Part shown: positions 27,701 through 39,700 of the stretch, piece by piece | How the letters are laid out: the number at the start of each line of letters is the position of its first letter | How positions within the stretch are numbered: position 1 is the first letter of the stretch | Source: Mobula hypostoma | Lineage: Eukaryota | DNA length: 64,000 bases | NCBI RefSeq assembly: GCF_963921235.1 | Contig: NC_086108.1 | Location: 53,322,001-53,386,000, forward strand | Reading direction: 5' to 3' | Notes under the pieces: generated by a model | Database searches by the model: none | Told to the model about the DNA's origin: nothing | The model's input: only the letters and a program-made list of their open reading frames with translations | Position numbers and translations under genes: made by a program

Positions 27701-30700
27701 ATGCTGCCTGGCCTGCTGCGTTCACCAGCAACTTTGATTTGTGTTGCATGTAGATGAGTGATGGCTTTAGGCTGGGTCAGTGGTTTGGCATGTAAGTAGA
27801 TTGGAATTTGGGGAGAATAAATTAGGTTTGTATAGGATTAGTGTAAAAATGAATGCTTTATAGGCATGGACTTGCTGTGCCTTGGGACCTGTTTGGTGCA
27901 GTTTCTCTGTATGATTCTTGTTTTCAGACTATTGAATGTTATGTTTATTACTCCAGCACACTTCTTGTATTAAAAAAATTAAAAGATATGGTACACAGAG
28001 GTTTAATAAAATTTCAGGTAAATTGAAGTATAAGGGAAAGTTGAGCATCCTTCAAACCCATAATAGAGTTCTCTAGACACTTTAAAGGGTGAAATTTTGT
28101 AATTATTGTCCCACGTGAAGTTTAACAGCAAATTAAGAATCAAAATCAGTTTTATTTCCAATGAAACTATCCTTTTTTTTTACATGAACTGAGTGAGTGA
28201 AGCTTTATCTTCAAATGGCAGTCAGATGGGTGTTTTGTATAATGAAAGGGATAAATGGATTATCTGCCCCCTCTAGAACCAGATTTTGCTTTAATATCTG
28301 TCATCTTATCACATCGATGTCAATCAAAGTCTTGGTCTGCGTCAGTTGAGAACCAACAATAGTCTGATGCATGAACAACAATAACCAACTATTCTCTTTA
28401 AAAAAAAAGGACCTGTCATGGAGAAGGCAAGTTTCACCAGTTTTGCCATTTGAAACTGCATGGATCAACTGCAGTATCCATCTTTGTTTTCCTCATTTCT
28501 TCATAAGAATCACCTGCAGTGTCAGACATTGGTCATTTGTTTGAAACATAAGGAAAACAATATCTTAGATGGATTTTTCATCTCCTTTTCTCTTGCATGC
28601 CAACAGTAGTGTTACACAGTTGTCTATTTTGCTCCACCTAAGCAAAAAGCAGAGGTGGGTATCAGCAAATATTGACTTTTTAAGTCCCACGTCATGTCTA
28701 TCACAACCTGTTGATGCTCCTTACAGTTGTACTGTCAAAGCCTTAAGGCCTCCTGTGGATAAGCAGGACAATGGATTCATTCTGTCTTTGTCTTTAGCTC
28801 CTATGATCTAAAGTGCCAGAGAAAATTGTTTTAGCAAGGAAGGACTCTGACACAAGCTTTGGTAGAAATTCATATTTCCTTAAGTATGAAACCTAGAATA
28901 AGCATTTGGTAACTTTGTGCTATTCGAGCAATTCACCTGAACAATGCAATATACCAACAGCTCTTTCCAATTGTGTTGTCCAGGAGTGTTAAAATGAGCA
29001 ATTTTCTTGATTTGGATTCAAAATTGGAATAAATCTTATTCTTTTATCTTGAAGCTTTATGCTAGTTATAGGGAAACCTGTCAAACTAGTTTAGATTTGA
29101 ATTTGACTCCCATGGGTGTAAGAAAAGTTTGTGGCACCAATTTTTGTGCATTTAAACAAAACCTGTTTAACAAATTGAAGTAAAATGTTTGATTCTTGAT
29201 TTACAGTGATAGCTTGTTTAAATTATAATTTCCTATAACAGAGATTTGGATGGAAGGGAGAGCTTCATTCAGGAGTTTATCAGCTAATCCCATTCACTAC
29301 TGGCTGCAGATTAAGGAAGAGGAATAAATCAATGATCCGAGAGGCCAAATTGGTCCACAGGGAAAATGGTGACTTAATGCTCACCAAGGAATTCAGGTAT
29401 GAGAGTTTATTTTAAATAAATGTTGTGCATAATAGGTAATTTTAAAAAGATGTTATTTGCAGAATATAAACAAATCATCAGTGTTAGAGGTAAAAAAAAA
29501 GAATTTTTGGAAATGCACAGCAGACTCTCAGTTTATCGAAGAGAAAATAATAAGTTAACAAATCAGTTTAACCCCTCTTTATCAGAACACCACACTCATG
29601 CTAGATAAGCCCATTAGTATTACCGAAAATGGGAGAAGTTCAAATATACTTCTCTGATGAACTGATAACTAGTTATTTGTATACATTGTAATAATTGGAT
29701 AATGTTGTAAATTTTTTTGGTAATCTTTACTATTTCATATTAGACGAATAGGCTAATAGGTTAATTGTTCAAATGGGTGGCATGGGCATGTTGGCCTGGA
29801 AGGGCCTGTTACTATGCTGTATATCCAAATAAATGTTGGTACTGTAATTCTTTTAACCAGTTTTAGACAAAAATAAGATGCAAGTTATGTTGCTTCTGAC
29901 TAGTAGGGAGAAAATTTGTCTTTAGAATATTATCTTAGTGCTTATTTTTGCAGTGTTTTCTGCTTTCATATTATTTTGATAATTCTAATCTTTTAGGGAT
30001 GCAGTAACAAAGGGCTTAAAAAACATTGTAAAATTATGCACGTGAGGAGAAAAATGCTATTGAGTTTTCGAGGATGCAATTACCTTAGTACCTAAGGATT
30101 ATTCTGTATTTTGATGATACAATCTCTCCAATTTGATTCTTTTCCTTTGCTTAGGGCTGCACTATCAGACATCTTTGAAGTTATCGATTTAGATGGCAAT
30201 GGGCTTTTAAGCTTTGACGAATATAACTTCTTTGAGTTGAGAACCAGTGGAGAGAAATGTGACAGTGAGGCCTGGGTTTTGTGTCAAGGTGAGGTGAACA
30301 ATATTATTTGCAGTTTGGTAATTCCCATGTTTTCTGTTTTAAACAGAAGTATTTTTAATCTGGACAATTTTTCATTGTTGTTGTGTTTAAATACCAAATC
30401 CTGTTTTTTTTTAAAAAAAGGAAGCTTAAAATTACAATAGAAGTAATGCTGAAAATTTTCATTTTGAGAGTAGCAGTACATTGTTAAAGGGAAGTATTTT
30501 ATCTGGCAATTCAAGATGTAATTAGAAGTTATTGAAAGAAATAGGAAAACAAATGAGAAAAGAAGATGCAGCACACATCAAAGTTGCCGGTGAACGCAGC
30601 AGGCCAGGCAGCATCTCTAGGAAGAGGTACAGTCGACGTTTCAGGCCGAGACCCTTCGTCAGGACTAACTGAAGGAAGAGTGAGAAAAGAAGATGGCTTG

Positions 30701-33700
30701 TTTGGTCTAAGTTCTCATTTCCAGCTGCTCAGATTATAAAACTTATGAGTGTATTTTGGACAACATTCTATCTGTCAGTCAAAAGCATTAAAGGAGCAAT
30801 GAATGTCTCGGATGTTACGAAGAGTTAAAATGGGAATTCTTTTGTACCTTGTAATGGGTGGTTTTAAGGCATCATCTAAAGATACTTGAGCCCCTTTGCC
30901 CACCCCTGTAGATGGCCTGCGTAAATTTCTGGGAAAGAAATGGGACAGTAAGAATTGCTGCATATTTTCAGTATCTTAGGGACATCAGTAAATAAGCAAA
31001 CATCTCCCATTTATTGGGTCAAGCACAAGATAGTTATTTTCAGATTGGGAGTTGGAATATTTTTTCTGTATTCACTCATCTTGCTACCAAAAGTTAGAAG
31101 GATACATTTTATTATACGTACACAGTGATATTTTTGTATTTAAATAGAAACTAGGTAATTGATTTATTCAAAGAATGAGGAACAAGCCTGAGGTCACGCA
31201 AAAATTTAGGCCTTAGCACATATTTTTAAAATTGTTTTTTCAGAAGTTATTGTTAGTGTATGAAGTACCACATGAAGATTTCCTTGCAGTGATATATTCT
31301 GTATTTTTCTTTGAGTAATTCCATTTCTTATAATTTCCTCATACATTAGCTATGATTAGCAAATGTATCTTTAATTACACAACAGATATAAGTTGAAGTT
31401 GAATGTATCTCAGACTAATAGGAGATTGCCAGAGTCTTGCAGTAATAGTGGATTCATGTTGCTGCTCATCAAGAAAAAATGGAAGTTCAGGCATTTGGAT
31501 GGGAGTTACATTTTCATTAACTTTGGAAAAACATAATGGATCCATGCTTGGAAAAGTGTTTAACTACTCTGCAACAGCTACGATTATAAATGAATGAGTG
31601 TGACAATAGAACAGTGTGAAAATATCTCCATGAAGCAATCCAGATTTGCCAAAATTTAATGAATGTTCCTTCATACTCAAGTTATATTAATCAGGCTTGT
31701 TATTGCAAAAGCAAACTCATTTGCCAGTAATGTTTGCCATATTTACCAGATTTTAGTTGTCAAATTCTGCATTGAAATTTATGATGCTCTGCTAAGGATA
31801 CAATAGTAAACCCTTAGTATATTTAGATTTTAAATATAATGTAGTATGGAAGGCTTCCCAGTTTTATTTGTGTACATCATAGGCTCCCTTGAATGAATTC
31901 CAGAACTATCTCTGCCAATGATATGCTAAAAGTTTGAAAAATATTGATCATCATTACATATTTTTCTACTTTGAATATTTTACAAATGCTGTGGGTGGTT
32001 TTGATAAATGTTACTTTGTTTAATTCAACAAATAAGTTGGGTTAATTAGTAATGAAAACCAAACAACTGGAGAAACTCAATGCATCAAGTCACACCTATG
32101 GGAGCAAAGGAATTGTCAGCACTTTGGATGAGGACCCTGCATTAGCACATCAGCAATTCTTTTCTCCCCCCCACCCCCACAGATGATGCTCAACCTGCTG
32201 AGCTTGTGTAGCAATTTTTTTTACTTCAGATTCTAGCATTTGCAGCTTTTGTATCTCCATTGTTAATAAGTGTATATCTTTAAATGATCTAATCAAAGGT
32301 AAGTGGCGATCTGCTGCTATGTAGAAGAGATTTTCTTTCATGAACAAATGCTATGGTCTATATTTAGGGCAATGTGGCATGACATCCATAGACAAATCAT
32401 GTGACATTTTTACACTTACAGTGAAGAGTAGCTAATGGTCGAGTGATTTGATTAGTGAGTATTTTTTGTTTAAAAATCTTGACTGCAGTGAATATGCAAG
32501 CATCATCATAGTAACAAATCAATTCCTATAATCTATTGATGCAAGATATTATTGAATACACATTGCACAGTCCAGAGGGAATAGCAAAGACGTTAACTAC
32601 CTAAAACAGTACGAGTAATTGAAAACCAGGGATTTAAGTATTGAGCTAGGAATCTGCTAATCAAGACAGTTACGATGAGGAAGGTTATTCAGCCTATCTT
32701 CAGTCATTCTTCTGTATTTTAGCAGTTAATTAGTTTTAAAATGTTATGGGGAAATAAATTCCTCTTTTGTTGTAAGCACTAAATGTATACAGCGGTGATG
32801 TAAACACATTGAAGTCTGGTTCCGAAATTCAGTAACTAGATCTAACTTTTGGAAGCAAAGTTCAACATGTATGCATTTCTGCTCATGAGTTAGTACATAC
32901 AACAGAGAGTAAATTTCTACCCAAGAGGTTTTCATCTAACTACTTGGAAAATTGTTTCATATATAGTGATCATTTTTTCTGTAAAGTACAATTTTTTGGA
33001 CATTTGTCCTGAATTTGGTGGAATCTGTTTTCATTTTACCTTTCTTAAACTTAAACTTTTTTTAACCTCAATATTTTAATATCTTTGTTTTGAGAAACAT
33101 ATTTCTAATGCTTACATAAGGGTATTTTAAAATAGGAGATAAACATGGCCTGTATAATGAAAGGAAGACAGAATATTTGAAATGGGGAAGACATTATTTA
33201 TCATCTGAAAGAGACACACAGGGTCAAGAAGTCAAAAGCGCTATGCTCAGTATTGCATAGCATTTTGTTTTAAGATGCTGGTCTGAATGTTTGCTCTGCA
33301 TTCCAGAGCTAGCTGGATATACAGTATAGGATCATTTAAGTTGGCTTTTGTTTTGTCAGCAGGACAAATAGGCTTAAAACCCATTGTAAATCATTTTAGC
33401 ATATCCAAGTAAGAAAAAATATTTAATCTTTTTAAAATTTTCTCTCTAATTTCTCAAAGTGATAACTTGTATTTGTGCAAGATCTTGTGGATATTTGCAG
33501 CTGTATAGTTTTTTCACATCATTTCAGAGAGCAAGGTTATTCAAGAGGTTGATAGTACAAATCAAGGCTAAACCTGAAGTTGATAGAACAAGTTAAGGCT
33601 AAATAAGTTTAGAACTATACCAAAAGGGTTCCCTTCCCTAACCCTGCAACAACAAAGCTAATCCAGAGCCAATAACATAAACCCAAAATGATGTTGTTGG

Positions 33701-36657
33701 ATGGAAGCAACACACATCAAAGTTGCTGGTGAACACAGCAGGCCAGGCAGCATCTATAGGAAGAGGTACAGTCGACATTTCGGGCCGAGACCCTTCGTCA
33801 GGACTAACTGAAGAAAGAGCTAGTAAGAGATTTAAAAGTAGGAGGGGGAGGGGGAGATCCAAAATGATAGGAGAAGACAGGAGGGGGAGGGATGGAGCCA
33901 AGGGCTGAACAGGTGATTGGCAAAAGGGAGACGAGAGGATCATGGGACAGGAGGTCCGGGAAGAAAGACAAGGCGGGGGGAGGAACCCAGAGGATGGGCA
34001 AAATGTGTGGCCACTGGGATTAATTCCACATCCCATTCCCATTCTGACATGTCTATCCATGGCCTCCTCTACTGTAAAGATGAAGCCACACTCAGGTTGG
34101 AGGAACAACACCTTATATTCCATCTGGGTAGCCTCCAACCTGATGGCATGAACATTGACTTCTCTAACTTCTGCTAATGCCCCACCTCCCCCTCGTACCC
34201 CAAGTGTTATTTATATACACACATTCTTTCTCTCACTCTCCTTTTTCTCCCTCTGTCCCTCGGACAATACCCCTTGCCCATCCTCTGGGTTCCCCCCCCC
34301 CCCCACTTTTCCTTCTCCCTGGGCCTCCTGTCCCATGATCCTTTCATATCCCTTTTGCCAATCACCTGTCCAGCTCTTGGCTCCATTCCTCCCCCTCCTG
34401 TCTTCTCCTATCATTTTGGATCTCCCCCTCCCCCTCCCACTTTTAAATCTCTTACTAGCTCTTTCTTCAGTTAGTCCTGACGAAGGGTCTCGGCCTGAAA
34501 TGTCGACTGTACCTCTTCCTAGAGATGCTGCCTGACCTGCTGTGTTCACCAGCAACTTTGATGTGTGTTGCTTGAATTTCCAGCATCTGCAGAATTTCTC
34601 GTGTTTACGTTGTTGGATGGAAACTTATTTAGTGGTAGAATAATTTGTGCAAGAACCTTTAAGGTGCAGGCATCAAGGGATCTGTTTTCCAGTTCATTAT
34701 TGGTCTGCTGCTACTTTTATCATCACCATTCATTTGTTTTAAATATCTAAATTTTCTTTCTCATACTGAATTTAGGAGAATTATTTTCTCTCCAGCTTCA
34801 TTAATTACTAATCCTTGGTGAATCAGCAAATCCAGATATTTACGTAGGTTTGACAGTGTGAGCAATTAGGCTGATTTTCAACTTTTAGGCTCAGAGATTG
34901 AAATGCAGAACATTCTATGTTTGGCAATGCTGGCAAATGGTACCAGCCTGCAGGCAAATGAATGGGCAGAAGGAACCAGGTGGGGGAGAGGGAGGGGTAA
35001 GATGGAGACAGTTGCTGGAGAATGATGTATAGCAAGTGGAAATGGGACTTTTAGGGGAGGGACGAAGTACAGGTTGAACCAGATGGGGAAAAGGATCTGG
35101 TGGGTGAAATGTGTATGTAGTGGGTGGATTGAACCAGGAAGGGGAGGCAGATGCAAATGTATGATGGTGAATGGGGGAGTTCAGGAAAGGGAACAAAGAT
35201 GTGAGGACCAGAGATGAACTGGAAGGAGTGGAGATAATGGAGTACAGGAAATGAGGGTTACATGAAATTGGAAAATTCTGTGTTAATACCATTGGGCTAT
35301 ACAATACACAGATGGAATATTAGATGTTGTTTTGTCAAGTTTGCTTAAATCCTCATCTTAGCAGTTAAGTGGAAAAGACTGAGAACAGTCAGGTTGGTAT
35401 GGAAATGGGGAGGTGAGTTGAAATGGCACGCAACTGGAGCTCGGGCAGGGTGCAGGTACCCTGTGAATCTACATTTGGTCTTTTGATGTAGTGGAGGCTA
35501 AAGTATAGAGGTTGGTAGAAATAAGTAAACTATTGCTGACATTATTTTGTTTTGCAGTTGTAATCATAATTCCAAAATGTCATGTTGCTGTTCTGGTGTT
35601 AGAATAAAGGGTTGAATGAATGTTGAAAATCTTTTGGAGAAGTATGCAGTGCTTTTAGAACAAATTACATGAACAAAGGTAGGTGATGTCGAGCAAAAGG
35701 AGTTTAAGATGTTAAGTGTGAAACAGAGAAAAAAAAGTCCGAAAGATCAATGCCTTTGGATTTCTTATTACATTGTAATTGTTCAGTGAAGATTTTGAAA
35801 CTTAGCATAAAGGCTCAGGGTTTTTGCATATAGAAAACAGCTGGGGTGATGGTGCAATTGTAACAAATGTAACCCATTGGAAGTGAAACCCAATGATTCA
35901 CCCAAATTGCTCTGACAGTTCTTGCACCTCCAGGTCATCATTCTAATTTGAAAGAATATCAGTGGTGCTTCATTGTTTCTGACTCCAATCTTGGGACTGT
36001 GTATGATGGGAGCTCCTTAATCAGATGGCCAAAGGAAGTGCTCCTTGCCAGCTTCTGAAGTGAAATTAAGGATGGGAAATAAGTGTTGGCCTTATCAGCA
36101 ATGTCAATATCTTAAAATTATTGAATCCACTGTTGTGAGAAGTAATTCAGCATGAACGATATTTGCATTTGCAGTGTATTAAACCTTCAAAACAATCAAT
36201 TAAACCAAGAAAATTTTGTAGTTAAGGGAGAATTTGTGAGATCTTGAAAATAACTGGATTGCACAGCCATAAGTGATATCAGCATTAATATGAAAGGATA
36301 ATTATAGTTTAGTTGTGGATGCACAACATTGAACAGAACCAATAATCATAGGGTCCAAAATACAATCTTGGAGAGATTAGGTGGAAAAGAAAATAGATTT
36401 TAAGTGATGCAGAAGAATGAGCGCAGTTCGATAATATGTTTAGTTAAAAAAATCCAGAGGGAGATATTTTGAAGTGAATGTTATCATGCAAGCAAAACTG
36501 AGCTATTTGTCTCTGAATGCTAATCCAAATTCCCAGCTAATCTATTGTACTCAAGCACATCTTCAGTGTTTCTTTATTGTGTCATGACTGTGGGTTTTTA
36601 TATATATATATATATATAATGTGTGTGTGTGTATATGTATATGTGAATATGTGTATA

Positions 36658-36707
<50 letters not shown>

Positions 36708-39700
36708 ATGTAGAGTATAAAACTATAAAACATTAAAAAAACATACTTGGATATTGACTGCTCAGCTACAAATCTGACACATGGGCATGTGCAAATATTT
36801 AAATTTGACCGCCTTTGAAGTGGCAACATACACATGCACATGGCCATCGAACTTTGCAGCTCCTCCCGTGGAGGGTCAGACACCCTGAGCCAATAGGCTG
36901 GTCCTGGACTTATTTCCATTTGGCATAGTTTGCATATTGTTGTTTGATTGTTTGTGGTTTTTGTATTGCTATATTTATGCTCTATTCTTGGTTGGTGCAG
37001 CTGTAACGAAACCCAATTTCCCTCGGGATCAATAAAGTACATCTATCTATCTATCTACATTTCTTGGTTCATTTGTAGGATTCCTGTCTCTATTGCCCCC
37101 TTTGCCCTCCACCTGTCAACAGTGGTGCACCTCCCCACTTAATCATGAATAAGCCAATTAAATAAATCAGTAAAACCCAATTTAGCAACAGGCATACATT
37201 ACAGGGTACAAATTCTTAGAGATGAGAGAAATGGAGCACGTTGACAAAGTATGGTAAATGAGTGCTGCTAAGAGCAGAAAATGAACTGCATTCACGTTTC
37301 CGTGCTCCTTTATTTTCTGCATATCTAGGCATGGCTTCAAAGGGAGACAGTGAGTAGGACTTTCAGAGTTAGTAGAAAGAACAAATGGTGTAGTTTTATG
37401 GGTCTAATTATGAGGTGATGCACTTTGACAAAGAAAGCAAGGGATATGAGCATACACTCAGTGGAAACTCATTCAAAGCTATTTGTTGAAACATGCATTT
37501 CCCCAAAAGTACATTTCTAGATGTCTAAATACATAAAAATGATCTGAGTTTTCAGAAATGCAAACAACAGGAATTCTGCAGATGCTGGAAATTCAAGCAA
37601 CACACTTAAAAGTTGCTGGTGAATGCAGCAGGCCAGGCAGCATCTCTAGGAAGAGGAATAGTCGACGTTTCAGTTAGTCCTGATGAAGGGTCTCGGCCTG
37701 AAACGTCGACTGCACCTCTTCCTAGAGATGCTGCCTGGCCTGCTGCGTTCACCAGCAACGTTTATGTGTGTTGCCTGAGTTTTCAGAATCAGTTTTAATA
37801 TCACTGGCATATGTCGTGAAATTTGTTAACTTTACAGCAGCAATGCAATGAAATAGATGATAAATATAGAGAAAAAACTGAGTTACATTAAGTATATATC
37901 TCTATTAAACAGTTAAGTTAAAATAAGTAGTGTAAAATAACAAAAATAAAAAAGTATTAAGGTAGTGTTCATGGGTTCAATGTCCATTTAGAAATCGTTT
38001 GGCAGAAGGAAAGAAGCTGAGTATGTGCCTTCAGGCTTCCGTACCTCCTTCCCTGTGGAGTGCCAGTGTTAATTGTCAGCAAAGTGAAGATGTTATTTCC
38101 AGTCCGGACCAATTGTGGTCTTCTGATTAGGAAGTCAAGGATCCAGTTACAAAGGAGGTACAAGGGCCTAGGTTCTGTAGCTTTTTGATCAGGACTGTAG
38201 GAATAATGGTGATAAATGCTGAGCCATAGTCAATGAACAGCATCCTGACATAGGTATTTGCATTGGCCAGGTGATCCAAGGCTACATGGAGAGCCATTTG
38301 AGATCACGTCTGCCGTAACCTATTGTAGCAACAGTCAAATTGCTGTGGGTCCAGGTCCTCCTTGAGACAGGTGTTGATTCTAGCCATGACCAACCTCTCA
38401 AAGCATTTCATCACCTTAGATGTGAGTGCTTCTGGATGATAGTCATTGAGGCAGCTCACACTGCTCTTCTTGAGCACTAGTATAATTGCTGCTCTTTTGC
38501 AGCAGGTGGGAATTTCCAACTGTAGCAGTGAGAGATTAAAGTATCTTTGAATACTCCCGCCAGTTGGTTGGTACAGGTTTTCAGAGCCTTACCAGGTACT
38601 CCATCAGGTCCTGCTGCCTTGCAAGACAGCCTGACATCAGCTTATGAGACAGAGATCAGAGGGTCACTAGGTGTTGCAGGGATCCTCATAAATGTGGGTT
38701 TATTCTCCCTTTTAAAGCAAGCATAAAAGATGTTGAGCTCGTCTGGTAGTGAAGCATCACTGCCATTGGGTTTTACTTAGTAGGAAGTAATGGCCTGCAA
38801 ACCCTGCCAGAGTTGACATGCATCTGATGTCGCCTCCAACCTCTCCCTGAATTGTTTCTTGGCGCTTGAAATAGCTCTCCACAAGTCATACCTGGTTTTC
38901 TTATACAGACCTAGATCACCAGACTTAAGTGCCACAGATCTAGCCCTGAGCAGACTTATGAACCTCCTATATCACCCACAGCTTTCGGTTTGGGAATGTA
39001 CAGTAAGATTTTGTTGGCACACGCTCATCCACATAGGTTTTAATGTAGTCGGTAACAATTGTGACATTTTCATCCAGGCTCGAAGATGATGCCCTGAAAA
39101 TTGATTCAAAGCAGTCCTGTGTGTGCTTCTGTGCTTCCCTGGTCCATACCTTCTTGGTCCTCACTACTAGTACTGCAGTCTTAAGTCTCTGCCTATACTC
39201 GGGGAGTAGAAGTACAGCCAGGTGATCAGACTTACCAAAGTGTGGGCAGGGTGTGGAATAGCATGGTAGGCACTCTTGAACTTAGTGTAAGAGTGGTCCA
39301 GTGTGTATTTCCTCTGGTGATATAGGTGATTTGTTGATAATAATTATTTAGTGACTTTCGCAAGCTGGCCTGGTTAAAATCCCCCAAAATAATGGAGAAG
39401 GTATCAGGATGTGTTGTTTCATGCCTGTTGATTATATTACTCAGTTCATCTAGAGTCTGTCTGACATTAGCCTGAAGTGGAATATACACCACTACCAAAA
39501 AGATCATTGAAAACTCTTGCTGCAGGTAAAATAGCCGGCACTTAATTGCGAGGTATTCCAGGTCTGGTGAGCAATATTGGGATGTTACTGATACGATAGT
39601 ACACCACAAGGAATTGATCATGAGGCATATACCTCTAACTCTGCTTTTGAGAGACTCAACCAACCTGTCTTGATGATGTATTGTGAAGCTGTCTATTCGA

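Larger units (their letters stand above)
33707..34608 (+). mobile_element. Penelope-like element: inverted pLTR + GIY-YIG C-terminus + pLTR
   Basis: [47 protein letters not shown]; inverted arms 33707-34001 and 34274-34571; TSD GTTGTTGGATGGAA at 33693-33706 and 34609-34622. Confidence 0.93.

Noticed and set aside
33638..34555. Cluster of Pro/Ser/Leu- and Gly/Arg-rich ORFs
   Set aside because: These are translations of the pyrimidine/purine-skewed pLTR inverted repeats.
36563..37042. 159-aa ORF with YIYI/HTHT runs
   Set aside because: Read-through of a microsatellite and a LINE 3' UTR.
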